Origin: Nostoc sp.
Lineage (GTDB): Bacteria > Cyanobacteriota > Cyanobacteriia > Cyanobacteriales > Nostocaceae
Reading direction: 5' to 3'
Length of the DNA stretch: 64,000 nt
NCBI GenBank assembly: GCA_036918135.1
Contig: JBALDB010000053.1
Location: 160,001-224,000, forward strand
The position numbers and the translations under genes were made by a program. Below the pieces are notes generated by a model that saw only the letters and a program-made list of their open reading frames with translations, was not told where the DNA came from and ran no database searches. Shown here one piece after another: positions 1 to 10,887 of this stretch (position 1 is the stretch's first letter; the number at the start of each line of letters is the position of its first letter).

Positions 1-906
1 AAAAGCAGGAATTTCAATTATACTTTTACTAGGAATTTCAAGAAAACTATTACTCGGTAAGTCTTTGGGATTAGCAAAAATATGACGATTTTTTTGATGT
101 ATATCATCCATAGTTTTCTGAATCATTTTGTTTATAGCTATGGATGCAGAAGCAGTTATACCTGCGTACATTGTCACCTGATTAAGAACAAATGCATATA
201 ATTTTGGTACAGATACACCTTCTTCTTTTGCACGTTTAGCAAAGCTAATTTTTGCATATAGTGCAGTATTGGGATCGGTTATACCATATAAAAGTGCAAC
301 CACATTTTCAATTGCATAAAATGAACTTTTTTCCGCAGTAAATGGGACAATTACACCCTCTGCTGCAACCAAACCAAGTTGTGTATAAATAGCAAAACTA
401 GGGTTACAGTCAATTAAAAATACAGTATCTCTCTCTCCACTAAATATACGCAGAGAAACTGTTAAATCTCGAATCCAATTAAGCACCTGTTTCCAAGCAT
501 CAATTGGTATTTGTAGTTCAGATGTTTGCCTAATTGCTTCAGAAATTATTTCAAGAAGATTGTCCCCACATACGAGTTTTAAATTTTCTGGTATTTGTGG
601 GTTGAACTCCCTTGGATCACAAATATAAGGAGATACATCGGTAATCATTCTGAAGGGAGAGTTTAGACGTGCTTCCAGATAGCCAGCTACGGTGGCACGC
701 GGTGTTTTACTGCTCAAAGAATGTAGTGCCTTTGGACTATTGAGATATCCCCCTAGTAGGGTTTCTGAGACGTTGGCTTGGGGACACAGGTCAATTACAT
801 AAACATCTGTATCGGGGTGATGGTGAGCATATTCAGCAGCAGCCACAAAGCAAAGAAAGCTCTTTCCCACGCCGCCTTTGTTGTTCCAAAAAGCATACGA
901 ACTCAT
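1..906 (-). CDS. ParA/Soj-family ATPase (runs off the left edge of the window)
   Basis: Not in the ORF track. Manual translation from ATG at 906 gives MSSYAFWNNKGGVGKSFLCF (deviant Walker A KGGVGKS), VIDLCPQAN and FLIDCNPS motifs; the frame stays open to position 1. Confidence 0.85.
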   Translation of the reverse strand, partial: MSSYAFWNNKGGVGKSFLCFVAAAEYAHHHPDTDVYVIDLCPQANVSETLLGGYLNSPKALHSLSSKTPRATVAGYLEARLNSPFRMITDVSPYICDPREFNPQIPENLKLVCGDNLLEIISEAIRQTSELQIPIDAWKQVLNWIRDLTVSLRIFSGERDTVFLIDCNPSFAIYTQLGLVAAEGVIVPFTAEKSSFYAIENVVALLYGITDPNTALYAKISFAKRAKEEGVSVPKLYAFVLNQVTMYAGITASASIAINKMIQKTMDDIHQKNRHIFANPKDLPSNSFLEIPSKSIIEIPAF

Positions 907-1193
907 TTTTTATATTCCTTGTTGAGGTAAAACAGTCCCTGCGTGTATTGGCAATGCTATGAAACTCTTACCCCCTATTGTCGCAAAATACAGTTTAGTA
1001 AACTGTATTTTATTTCGACTCCTCATGATAGCGATCGCTCTCTCAAGTGCATTACTTTCAGATCTTTGCTCTCGTGCAGTGAGGAAACCCCTACTGCCTT
1101 TCTGCCAACTGTAGCTTTCACTCATTTGTTAGACTGAACACACCAGGATTTTTCAGTCAAATCTCTGAATTCCGCCAGCAGACGAGGCTACCC

Positions 1194-2666
1194 ATGCTTA
1201 CAAGTACGCTACTTCTCTCGAATCAACTTCCCACTTTACAATATTCTTCTACCCCAGAGCGTTTCGATGAAACCTGGGAAGCCCCCCTGGCTACCCTCCT
1301 GGGACTAGGACGCGCCGCTGGCGCTGACTTTATCGAATTCTTCTTAGAACGTCGCAACTACATTAGTTGTCTTGCAGAAGACGACGCCATCACCAGTATC
1401 TCACCGAGTTTGTCTACAGGCGCGGGAGTCAGAGTATTTCGCGGTAAAGCTGATTGCTATGTGAGCACTAATGACCTTTCCTTTTCGGGTTTGAAAGCAG
1501 CCTTAGAAAAAGGTCTTTCGATTATGGGATTACAACTACCTGCACCTCGTTCCTTCATCCCAGAAATCAACCTCGAATTACTTAGAGATTACGCTACCAA
1601 AAGAGGTAAAGATGCATGGCTACCAGTATGTAGTTCCATCCGCGAAATGGGAGAAGTCCTCCTCGATGGTACTGGTTATCTGAACCAAAAAGCTAGCCAT
1701 GTCCAATCGCGCCGCGCTAGTTATTTTCGAGATTGGCAAGAAGTTTTAGTCGCCGCCAGTGACGGTACTTTTGCGCGTGACATTCGCCTCACCCAATCAG
1801 TAGGATTTAACTTGTTGTGTGCCGATGGTGCTAATCGTACCTCAATTGGCGATCGCGCTGGTAACACTAGCGATGCCAACTTTTTAAGAACCTGGGATTA
1901 TCAACAAGCCGCCGAAAAAATCGCTGAATCTGCTGGAAAAATGCTCTATGCAGATTACGTAGAATCAGGTACTTACCCCATTATTATGGCCAATCACTTT
2001 GGCGGGGTAATCTTCCACGAAGCCTGCGGACACCTGCTAGAAACCACTCAAATTGAACGCAATACCTCTCCTTTTGCTAACAAAAAAGGCGAAAAAATTG
2101 CCCACGAAAGTTTAACAGCTTGGGATGAAGGACGTTCTGAAAATGCCTTCGGAACAATTGATATGGATGACGAAGGTATGCCCGCTCAAAGAACCCTATT
2201 AATTGAAAAAGGCGTTCTCAAAAACTTCTTAGCAGATAGAACAGGTTCTACACTCACCGGACACCCCAGAACTGGAAGCGGACGCCGCCAAAACTACACC
2301 TTTGCCGCTGCTAGCCGGATGCGTAATACTTATATTGATTCTGGCGATTACACCCTTGAAGATTTATTTGCCTCTATTGATAAAGGTATTTACTGTAAAA
2401 AAATGGGTGGCGGTAGCGTTGGTGCTACAGGTCAATTTAACTTTGGTGTCGATGAAGCTTATTTAATTGAAAACGGCAAAATTACCAAACCGTTAAAAGG
2501 AGCAATTTTGATTGGTGAAGCCACGGAAATTATGAATAAAATTTCCATGTGTTCCCAAGATTTAGAAATTGCACCTGGTTTTTGTGGTTCTGTCAGCGGT
2601 AGTATTTACACCACAGTTGGACAACCACACATCAAAGTTGATTCTATTACCGTAGGTGGACGATAA
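1194..2666 (+). CDS. tldD: TldD metalloprotease subunit
   Basis: HEACGH zinc motif, RMRNTYI, C-terminal [13 protein letters not shown]; followed by pmbA. Confidence 0.92.
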   Translation: MLTSTLLLSNQLPTLQYSSTPERFDETWEAPLATLLGLGRAAGADFIEFFLERRNYISCLAEDDAITSISPSLSTGAGVRVFRGKADCYVSTNDLSFSGLKAALEKGLSIMGLQLPAPRSFIPEINLELLRDYATKRGKDAWLPVCSSIREMGEVLLDGTGYLNQKASHVQSRRASYFRDWQEVLVAASDGTFARDIRLTQSVGFNLLCADGANRTSIGDRAGNTSDANFLRTWDYQQAAEKIAESAGKMLYADYVESGTYPIIMANHFGGVIFHEACGHLLETTQIERNTSPFANKKGEKIAHESLTAWDEGRSENAFGTIDMDDEGMPAQRTLLIEKGVLKNFLADRTGSTLTGHPRTGSGRRQNYTFAAASRMRNTYIDSGDYTLEDLFASIDKGIYCKKMGGGSVGATGQFNFGVDEAYLIENGKITKPLKGAILIGEATEIMNKISMCSQDLEIAPGFCGSVSGSIYTTVGQPHIKVDSITVGGR

Positions 2667-2886
2667 GATTTTGAGATTTTAGATTTCGGATTTTAGATTA
2701 AGAATAAGTCGGATATTGCGTCAGTATAACCCAACAAGGAAATATAAATTATTTTTATTTTCTTCTTTACGCCTCGACGGCTTTGGGTGAGATAAAAATG
2801 TGCAATAGCTTAATATCTAAAATCCCAAATCTAATATTCAAAAGAAAATCGCCGTCAATTTAAGATCCCAAATCGAAAATTAAACT

Positions 2887-4227
2887 ATGCCGAATATCAA
2901 TGAAATTGCAACTTCTGCCAGGGACAATGCTGATAGACTTGGCATTAAAAAATTTGACATTTATGGTTCAACGGTAGACGATACTAGCGTGCAAGTAGAC
3001 CAAGGTGAGCCAAAACAAGTCAAAGCCTCAAATCGCTCTGGTGTTACTGTTCGTGTCTGGAATGAAGATAATACAATGGGTGTCACCAGCACCACAGATG
3101 TCGATCCCAAAGGATTAGAATTAGCTTTGAAAACTGCCTACGAAGCCAGTTTTTTCGGTGTTAAGGAAAATGTCCCCGATTTTAGTCCAGAAGCTACTAT
3201 TCCTATCCCCAATAAACCTCAGGATAAGACACCGCAAGTGCCTGTTGCTGAACTGATAGATAAACTATTGCTAGCTGAAAAAGAATTACTAGCAGCCCAT
3301 CCAGCAATTAAAGGTGTACCGTATAATAGCTTAGCCCAAAGAGATATTGACAGATTTTATCTCAATAGCGAAGGTGCATTAAGAACTGAATCTCACTCTT
3401 TGGCATCAGTTTATCTTTATAGCAAAACTGAGGAAGAAGGAAAAAAACCTCGCAGTGCAGGCGCTTTTAGAATCAACCATAGTTTAGATAATCTAGACAT
3501 TAATGGTTGCATCAAAGAAACCGCAGACAAAACTATCAGTCACTTGAATTATGAAAAAATTCAAACTGGTAAATATCGAGTTGTTTTCTCGCCGGAAGCT
3601 TTCTTAAGTTTGTTGGGCGCTTTTTCTAACTTGTTTAATGCCCAAAATATTTTAGATAATCAAAGTTTGTCTACTGCCGAGGATTTAGGTAAGGAGATTG
3701 CTTCCCCCTTGCTCTCAGTTTATGATGATGCATTGCATCCAGCTAATATAGGTGCAGAAAGTTTTGATGGTGAAGGAACTCCAACTCGTCAAATATCGTT
3801 GATTGAAAATGGCGTTTTAAAAAGCTTTCTTCATAGCGCAGGCACTGCTAAAAGGTTAAATGCCCAGCCAACAGGTAATGCTAGTATTGGAGCAAAAGTT
3901 AGCGTTAGCCCCAATTTCTATCACGTTTTTACAACAGCAAATCCTGAACAGGAATTAAGCCTAGAAACTGCGGAAAATGTAATTTTAATCGATGATTTAC
4001 GCGCTCTCCATGCAGGGGTTAAATCCTTACAAGGTTCTTTTTCTTTGCCATTTGATGGCTGGTTAGTTAACAAGGGTGTGAGGAGGAGTATTGAATCAGC
4101 AACGGTTGCTGGAGATTTCTTGGAACTCTTGAAGTCAATTATTTATGTAGAAAAAGAGGTGGAGCTAACCCCAGGAGGAGTTTGTCCAAAAATCTGGGTT
4201 AATGAGTTATCGATTACTGGTGAATAA
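2887..4227 (+). CDS. pmbA: PmbA/TldE subunit
   Basis: FDGEGTPT and IENGVL motifs, no HExxH, adjacent to tldD. Confidence 0.9.
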   Translation: MPNINEIATSARDNADRLGIKKFDIYGSTVDDTSVQVDQGEPKQVKASNRSGVTVRVWNEDNTMGVTSTTDVDPKGLELALKTAYEASFFGVKENVPDFSPEATIPIPNKPQDKTPQVPVAELIDKLLLAEKELLAAHPAIKGVPYNSLAQRDIDRFYLNSEGALRTESHSLASVYLYSKTEEEGKKPRSAGAFRINHSLDNLDINGCIKETADKTISHLNYEKIQTGKYRVVFSPEAFLSLLGAFSNLFNAQNILDNQSLSTAEDLGKEIASPLLSVYDDALHPANIGAESFDGEGTPTRQISLIENGVLKSFLHSAGTAKRLNAQPTGNASIGAKVSVSPNFYHVFTTANPEQELSLETAENVILIDDLRALHAGVKSLQGSFSLPFDGWLVNKGVRRSIESATVAGDFLELLKSIIYVEKEVELTPGGVCPKIWVNELSITGE

Positions 4228-4290
4228 AATTTAGTGAGTCCAGGGTTAGGAGTTAAATTTAACTCTTAACTCCTCATTCTTAATTACTTG

Positions 4291-4731
4291 CTAGTATTCA
4301 CCACCAATACTAATAGCAGTATTAAATACATCAGCACCGCTTAAATCGATATTAGCCATAATAGCGCCATCTACATCACTATTATATAAACGGGCATTAC
4401 TCATATTAACGTTGGTCAGATTAGCATTACTTAAGATAGTATCGCTGACGAATGCTTGTTTCAAATTAGCATATTTTAAATTAGCGCCAGTTAAATCAGC
4501 ACCTTCTAAATTGGCACCTTCCAAATTAGCACCTTTTAAATTTGCATTTCTTAAATCAACACCAATTAAATGAGCGCCTTTGAGGTTTGCTCCTGTTAAA
4601 TCGCATCCAGAACATTCTCTAGTTTCGAGCAAACGCCGGACAGGGGCTGAGTTTTCAGCTTTGACGGGAACAGGAGCAGCTAGAGATAGCGTGGTGAGTA
4701 AGGCTGCTGCCGTCAAAAATATTGGTTTCAT
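4291..4731 (-). CDS. Exported pentapeptide-repeat protein
   Basis: Signal peptide ending VKA, LLETRECSGCDL, then A(N/D)Lxx repeats. Confidence 0.9.
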   Translation of the reverse strand: MKPIFLTAAALLTTLSLAAPVPVKAENSAPVRRLLETRECSGCDLTGANLKGAHLIGVDLRNANLKGANLEGANLEGADLTGANLKYANLKQAFVSDTILSNANLTNVNMSNARLYNSDVDGAIMANIDLSGADVFNTAISIGGEY

Positions 4732-5228
4732 TTTTATTTACCTCCGACATTTCTAGAAGTCGTGAAATTCTTGACTTCTCTTAACTTCTATGGTTTAAGT
4801 GTGCCAAAATTCCAGAGTTGTGTCCTCATGCGAGCGAAAGAATAGATATTTTCTCTGAGATTATGTATTTTTCCCTGAGATCGTCCTATGGGATTAAAAT
4901 TAACAGACTGTTACCAATAACTTTAGGCATATATTGCTCTGCCATCACTTTGGTAAAAGAAAATTCCGACTCAATTTTTAAACCTTAGATGAGATAAGGA
5001 TTTGAGAGTTTATTTATTGACTAAACACCGAAAATACAGATTTTTTATAAAAGCCTTGTTCCACAGGGGTTATAGATTATTCTTTGCAGAAAGTGATAAA
5101 AGAGGAATATAGCCCTACTTAAGTTATTGGTGAAAATTAGCTCCCTGACCTCTCAAAGTAGTCAAATAACTGGACAGCGCAAATTTTCTCACAATGGTAT
5201 TATCATCGCTGCTACTGAAATTAACTTT

Positions 5229-5804
5229 ATGGTTACAAGTCCTTTGACATTAAACCTAGACACAGTTCACCTCACAGACGAACAGTTCTACGAGTTATGT
5301 CAAAATAACCGTGAGTTTCAATTTGAACGAACGGCTAAGGGAGAATTGATAATCATCTCACCCGTTGGAGGAGAAAGTGGTAACCGTGAAGCCGAATTAA
5401 TTATTGATTTGGGCATCTGGAATCGGCAAACCGGTCTCGGTTACACTTTTAGTTCCTCTACTATATTTAAATTACCTAATGGAGCAGACCGTTCTCCTGA
5501 TGCCGCTTGGATTCAACGAGAACGATGGGAAGCGCTCACTCCTGAACAAAGACGTAAATTTCCCCCCATTGCACCGGATTTTGTTATTGAATTAAGGTCA
5601 GCAACAGATGATTTAGAAATACTGCGTCAGAAAATGCAAGAATATTTGGATGCAGGGGTGCAATTGGCATAGTTAATTAATCCCCAGCAGCAGCAAGTAG
5701 AAATTTACCGCCAACGACAGAATGTAGAAGTGCTAAATCTGCCTACACAATTATCTGGTGAAAATATATTGCCAGGATTTAGCTTGAGTCTATCTCGTTA
5801 TTAA
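5229..5804 (+). pseudogene. Uma2 (PD-(D/E)XK) family endonuclease interrupted by an in-frame TAG at 5670-5672
   Basis: SPDAAW and PDFVIELRS motifs. After GVQLA* the frame continues LINPQQQQVEIYR...LSGENILPGFSL to TAA at 5802-5804, the usual Uma2 C-terminus (G..LGWLINP). Confidence 0.85.
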
Positions 5805-6841
5805 GACTTACCGCTACCTAATAAATACAGTAACGCCATACGAACGGCAACACCGCTAGTAACCTGCGATTGAATCAGACTAAATTCTGGGTCATCCATC
5901 AATTCAGAACTAATTTCGACACCACGGTTTACTGGGCCTGGATGTAAAACTTTGACATCAGGTTTACAAAGTTGCAGCTTTGTGCGGGTAATCCCAAATA
6001 GCTGATGATATTCTCGCAAACTTGGCAGTAAATGAGCCGTCATCCGTTCCTTTTGCAAGCGCAAAGTCATTACAAAATCGGCATCCTGTAAAGCTGGTTC
6101 TAACTGCCAATGAAGGAATAGTTGGGGAGTGGGTGATGAGGGAGATGAGGAGATAATAAACTCCTCATTTGTGAGTTCTGAGTGTTCCAAGATATACTCA
6201 GCGAATAACTTGGGTAAAAGTGTGGGTGGTGCTGCCAGGTGTACTTGGGCACCACTGGCGATGAAACTCCAGATATTCGATCGCGCCACACGAGAATGCA
6301 AAATATCCCCAACAATGGCAATCTTTTTATTCTTTAAAAGTTCCAGTCGCGGATGATTTGAGTCAATTAAAGTACAAATAGTAAATAAGTCTAGCAGTGC
6401 TTGGGAAGGATGCTCGTGTTGACCATCGCCAGCATTCAGGACACTAACTCGTACACCTAAACGATCCATTTCAGTAGCGATCGCATTTGGTACTCCCGCC
6501 TCCCGATGCCGGACTACCATGATATCAGTTCCCATAGCCAAATAGGTTTTCGCTGTGTCGAGAATTGTTTCTCCCTTAGTCATAGAAGACGTGGCTGCGG
6601 CGAAGTTCAATGTATCCGCACTCAAGCGTTTCGCGGCTAGTTCAAAACTGCTACGGGTGCGGGTAGAGGGTTCAAAAAATAAATTCGCTACTACATGTCC
6701 CTGCAAGGTTGGTACTTTCTTTGTCCGCCGCGATAGCACCTCCTGAAAAGAAGCAGCAGTTTGCAAAACAGTATCGTATTCAGCCGATGTGAAGTCAGAT
6801 AGGGAAAGAACGTGATGACGATTCCAAGTTGTTGTAGGCAT
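5801..6841 (-). CDS. pyrB: Aspartate carbamoyltransferase catalytic subunit
   Basis: [32 protein letters not shown] and [10 protein letters not shown] motifs. Confidence 0.97.
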   Translation of the reverse strand: MPTTTWNRHHVLSLSDFTSAEYDTVLQTAASFQEVLSRRTKKVPTLQGHVVANLFFEPSTRTRSSFELAAKRLSADTLNFAAATSSMTKGETILDTAKTYLAMGTDIMVVRHREAGVPNAIATEMDRLGVRVSVLNAGDGQHEHPSQALLDLFTICTLIDSNHPRLELLKNKKIAIVGDILHSRVARSNIWSFIASGAQVHLAAPPTLLPKLFAEYILEHSELTNEEFIISSSPSSPTPQLFLHWQLEPALQDADFVMTLRLQKERMTAHLLPSLREYHQLFGITRTKLQLCKPDVKVLHPGPVNRGVEISSELMDDPEFSLIQSQVTSGVAVRMALLYLLGSGKS

Positions 6842-6965
6842 ATTTGAGGAGTGGGGAGGCTATTGAGGCAGGGAGCAGGGAGCAGAGGGGAAAGAGGTAA
6901 TTTTTCACTCTCCCCCTTGCCCCTTTCCCCCTGCCCCTCTGCCTTTTCCCCATGCTCCAATCCCT

Positions 6966-8318
6966 TCATGTTGGCAAATGGAAAACGTTTAAAGCTAGAG
7001 AAATTAGGCTCAGGAATGTTAAAAACCCAATTGTATCTAGCATTGTAGTCACTAATGGGCCACTAACCAAGGCTGGGTCGAGCTTCAGGCGTTTTAAGCC
7101 CATTGGCAGTAAAGTACCAAGAGTCACCGCCACTATTGTATTAGTTGCCATGACTATACCAGCAATTAAAGCCACCCATCGCTCTTGGGGTTGTGCCCAA
7201 ATCAAGGAAAGCAGGATCATCGTTGTGGCTAAAGCTATGGCTGTACCTAAACCAGCTAGAAGTTCCTTGCGGAGAATTTTTATCGTATCTTTGGGTGTCA
7301 CTTCACCCACCCCTAAGCCTCGGATTGTCACGGTTAATGCTTGAATTCCTACAGTACCGCCCGTGTTAGAAAAAATCGGCATGATCACTGCTAGAACTGG
7401 CACTGCGGCAATTACAGGCTGAAAAGGTGCGATCGCACTAGCTGCACCAATATATAGGGCCATGATGCCCAGTAGCCAAGGCAAGCGGTTGCGGATAGTG
7501 AGTAAGGGAGAGGATAAAGCTGCCTCATCACCACCCACACCCGCTAGTTTTTGAATATCTTCTGTGGCTTCTTCCTCCAAAATATCCATGACATCATCAA
7601 TGGTGACAATGCCCACCAGTCGGTCTTCTCGGTCAACTACAGGGATAGCTATTAAGTCGTAGCGCTGCATGATTCGCGCTACTTCTTCTTGGGGCGTTTC
7701 GGTTCTCACCTTGATGACGCGATCGCTGGCAATATCTTTGATAAAAACATCGGGAAAGGTAAAGAGCAGCTGGCGCAGTGAAACTACTCTTACCAGCGTC
7801 CGGTTATTATCTGTGACGTAGGCGTAGTAAATAGACTCCTTGTCTTCGTCCTGACCGCGGATTTTGCTCAAGGCTTCGCCGACAGTCAATCCTTGCCGCA
7901 ACCGGACATATTCGGTTGTCATCACCCGTCCGGCAGTGCCTTCTGGATAGCCGAGAATCGTTGCTGTTGCTTGCCTTTGTTCTGGACTTAATTCTTGTAA
8001 CAGCCGTTTAACTACCCCAGCAGGTAATTCATCAAATAATTCTGCTCGTTCATCAGGACTCATTTCTTCTACAAGGTGTACTACTTGTACATCATGTAGG
8101 GAATTAATCAGTTTTTCCTTTACTTGAGTTGGCAAATATTCAAATACATCAGTTGCCTGATTTTTGTTGAGTAAACGAAATGCGATCGCCCTTTGTTTTT
8201 CAGGCAATTGTGTAATGAATTCTCCTACATCCACAGGTTGTAACTGATTTAAATCCCATTTCAACTGGCTTAAATCGGTAGCATCAAGCAGTGCATTCCG
8301 AAGATCCTGTGTGAGCAT
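6966..8318 (-). CDS. mgtE: Magnesium transporter MgtE
   Basis: N-domain, CBS pair (TAGRVMTTEY, IPVVD), TM region with RLPWL, GGTVGIQA and DPAL..GP..TT..D; SD AGGAGGT upstream. Confidence 0.95.
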   Translation of the reverse strand: MLTQDLRNALLDATDLSQLKWDLNQLQPVDVGEFITQLPEKQRAIAFRLLNKNQATDVFEYLPTQVKEKLINSLHDVQVVHLVEEMSPDERAELFDELPAGVVKRLLQELSPEQRQATATILGYPEGTAGRVMTTEYVRLRQGLTVGEALSKIRGQDEDKESIYYAYVTDNNRTLVRVVSLRQLLFTFPDVFIKDIASDRVIKVRTETPQEEVARIMQRYDLIAIPVVDREDRLVGIVTIDDVMDILEEEATEDIQKLAGVGGDEAALSSPLLTIRNRLPWLLGIMALYIGAASAIAPFQPVIAAVPVLAVIMPIFSNTGGTVGIQALTVTIRGLGVGEVTPKDTIKILRKELLAGLGTAIALATTMILLSLIWAQPQERWVALIAGIVMATNTIVAVTLGTLLPMGLKRLKLDPALVSGPLVTTMLDTIGFLTFLSLISLALNVFHLPT

Positions 8319-8325
8319 GATACAT

Positions 8326-8411
8326 ACCTCCTAAATATCTCCCCCGCGCTGGGAGACTGCCTCACCAGCTTAGAGGAGGTTAATACTGCCATCTTGTGGA
8401 CTATGGTCCAT
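8326..8411 (-). promoter_or_regulatory. Putative mgtE leader: 13-aa uORF (8411-8370, MDHSPQDGSINLL) with an anti-SD helix
   Basis: uORF end ACCTCCTCTAA is complementary (one bulge) to TTAGGAGGT, which contains the mgtE SD. Internal hairpins TGGAC-CATA-GTCCA and TCTCCC...GGGAGA. Confidence 0.5.
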
Positions 8412-8952
8412 AAAATTTCAACAATTCAATATCGATATTTAAATCAAGCCATCGCTAGTCATCATCCTAACCCGGAATCGCCATCTCCGGTAGATACTAG
8501 GTAATAGTATCCAGAATTTGTGACGTTCTTCACCAGTAACCAACTTCAAGCTTGGATGTGCAGGTAATTTTCACGTAACTTCAAGTAAATTTTACTACTG
8601 TTAGAATTTCTGTCAAGCCAATTAATGTATTTACAGGCAAACTTCATACAGCTAAAATATTTGGGATAGCTGAATTCAAATAATTTAAATAAATAGAAGC
8701 CTATAACAACTGTAGTAACCTACAGTTGAGCCTGTGTTGCAAATACTTTTTATCAATGCTATTAGCTTTTTGCTAAAAAGTTTCAAGATTTTGTGATCTA
8801 AACCTATTCATAAATAATATATTTACCAACATTTTTGAGAAGATTGACTCACTTTTTTACTATCCTTTATTTGTTTGTCATTACTTCTCAATAAAACCTA
8901 ATTTTAGCAACAGTATTAAGAGCAAAATTATTAAGAGTATACCTGAAAACTT

Positions 8953-9258
8953 CTGCTAAATAAAATTGAAGCTCCAGAGTACCGCCAAGTTAATATTGAA
9001 GCATTAATCGAACTAGCAGCGATTGCCGCAAATAATCCCCAATTGCAAATCGAATAATATATAGTATTAAATGTGTTAATCGGTCATGCAGTCCGATTGG
9101 CATGGTTAGAACACCATCGCGAACGAGGCGATCGCTATGATGAAGATAAGGCGAGTGCGTGGCGATCGTTTTACAACACCTCACCTACAGATTGTGCTAG
9201 TTATATCCTCAAAGCGTTCCGCTTCTTAACAAAATTTGGCGAAGTCATTGCAGCTTAA
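8953..9258 (+). pseudogene. Orphan C-terminal fragment of a phosphorylase-kinase alpha/beta-like (GH15-related) protein
   Basis: LLNKIEAPEYRQVNIEALIELAAI...QIE*YIVLNVLIGHAVRLAW...KASAWRSFYNTSP. Internal TAA at 9055-9057 and no N-terminal part upstream. Family recognised from memory. Confidence 0.6.
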
Positions 9259-9501
9259 TCAACATAGATTTCTATTGCTTGACACCATGTTCTCGAACCT
9301 AATTTACATATAAGTAAGCGGACATAATAAAATGTAAAATCCAAACTAGCGAAACCTTTTACTGTTTAGAGTTTTACCTTCTGCCTTCTACTTATTATTT
9401 ACTACTAATCCCTTAACTAAAAAATATCCCCTACTTCAGAAGCGTGGTTGCCAGCAGACGCTAAAAGCAGGGGTTTGTGAAATTTTATTTGGTTGTAAAA
9501 A

Positions 9502-9816
9502 CTACTTGACAGAGACAGCATCAACATCGATGGTGCTTGCAGTGGAGGTAGAACCCTCTGGTGTATTGCCTGCTTCGGTACTTAGATCGCCTTTACGAGC
9601 TTTCCAGCCTTCAATCACTAACCCAGACACCTCACTAACTAGCAAAGTCAAAAGAAAAACATCATCAATCTGTCCGACAATGGGGAAAATGTCTGGCAGT
9701 AAATCAATTGGGCTGGCTAAATAAACTAATGTTCCTAAAATTACCCACCAACGGTACTTAGGGTTACGAAGCGAATTACGATACCAGGTATAAACCGATT
9801 GAATTGAAAATTTCAT
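9502..9816 (-). CDS. YkvA/DUF1232 family membrane protein
   Basis: YLASPIDLLPDIFPIVGQIDD signature. Confidence 0.9.
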   Translation of the reverse strand: MKFSIQSVYTWYRNSLRNPKYRWWVILGTLVYLASPIDLLPDIFPIVGQIDDVFLLTLLVSEVSGLVIEGWKARKGDLSTEAGNTPEGSTSTASTIDVDAVSVK

Positions 9817-10117
9817 GTTTTGAACCTCCAGTTATCTTTAATTTTGACAAATTATCTTTTAAACTTCCGGTGGGAATAACCGCCCTAGTTAGTCTGGAAG
9901 ACGCTACCAATCTTAACGAAAGTGGAGAGTAGAGAATGCTTAGTGAGGAGTTAGGAATTTTCTCCTCTGCCGCCTGTTTCCCTATCTCCAATCCCTTTGA
10001 TTACATAACATAACTATGTTGTAATTCGGCTCACGATTACGGTAGTTGTGCATTAATCTCTAAAATTAATAATGCTTGGGATAGTTGCTTTAGTTATGGA
10101 GGGAGGAAACTTAAACA

Positions 10118-10846
10118 GTGGATATTTTAGATTTGTTTTACAAGGGCGGGCCAGCGATGTGGCCAATGCTTGTTCTATCGATTCTGTCTTTGAGTGTAAT
10201 TTTTGAGCGTTTGTGGTTCTGGTTGCGAATTTTCTCTCAGGAAAAGCAAATAGTCGATCGCGTCTTAGATGCTGCTCATGATGATTGGCAAGTCGCTGGA
10301 GATATTGCTCGACAAGCAAACGATCAGCCTGTGGGGCGTTTTCTTTATGCCCCGTTACACTTAAATAAAAGTGATACGGAAACCTTTCGCTTAGCACTGG
10401 AGTCCACCGCTGAAGATGAATTGGCAGGAATGCGGCGAGGTGAAAAACTTTTAGAAGCAGTAATTGCTCTCGCCCCCCTATTGGGATTATTGGGTACTGT
10501 TCTGGGTTTAATTCATTCTCTGCGCTCAATTCGCATTGGCGATTTGGGAACCGAATCTACAGCTGGCGTGACTACTGGTATTGGTGAATCTTTAATTAGT
10601 ACGGCAACCGGGCTAATAGTTGCCATTATTAGTTTGGCATTTTATCGCCTGTTTCAAGGTTTTGTAGTCAATCAAGTCAAAGTTTTTCGCAAAGCAGGGA
10701 ATGAGTTGGAATTGCTCTATCGCCAGTCTCCACCTGATTTTAGTAATACGACATCACCAATTGTGCGGGAAAATTTTACTCCACCCCGCAAGCAAGGGAA
10801 AAGTAGGTTTTCTGCGCCTCCTCAACCCCCAAATACACCTGAGTAA
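10118..10846 (+). CDS. exbB: MotA/TolQ/ExbB proton channel protein
   Basis: [19 protein letters not shown] and [12 protein letters not shown] motifs. Confidence 0.9.
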   Translation: MDILDLFYKGGPAMWPMLVLSILSLSVIFERLWFWLRIFSQEKQIVDRVLDAAHDDWQVAGDIARQANDQPVGRFLYAPLHLNKSDTETFRLALESTAEDELAGMRRGEKLLEAVIALAPLLGLLGTVLGLIHSLRSIRIGDLGTESTAGVTTGIGESLISTATGLIVAIISLAFYRLFQGFVVNQVKVFRKAGNELELLYRQSPPDFSNTTSPIVRENFTPPRKQGKSRFSAPPQPPNTPE

Positions 10847-10887
10847 TAGTCAAAAATTTAACCCCAAACCAGGTTTGAGAGTGAGAT

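Noticed and set aside
1194..4227. TldD/PmbA as part of a RiPP (microcin-like) cluster
   Set aside because: No precursor peptide, YcaO or transporter is adjacent; this looks like the housekeeping pair.
4975..5075. AAACCTT...AAGG(A/G)TT motifs resembling recombination sites or a CRISPR leader
   Set aside because: Too degenerate, with no array or recombinase nearby.
6952..7344. Antisense ORFs over mgtE (and similar ones over exbB, ftsZ, gshB and the antiporter)
   Set aside because: Shadow frames opposite well-supported genes, with no independent evidence.
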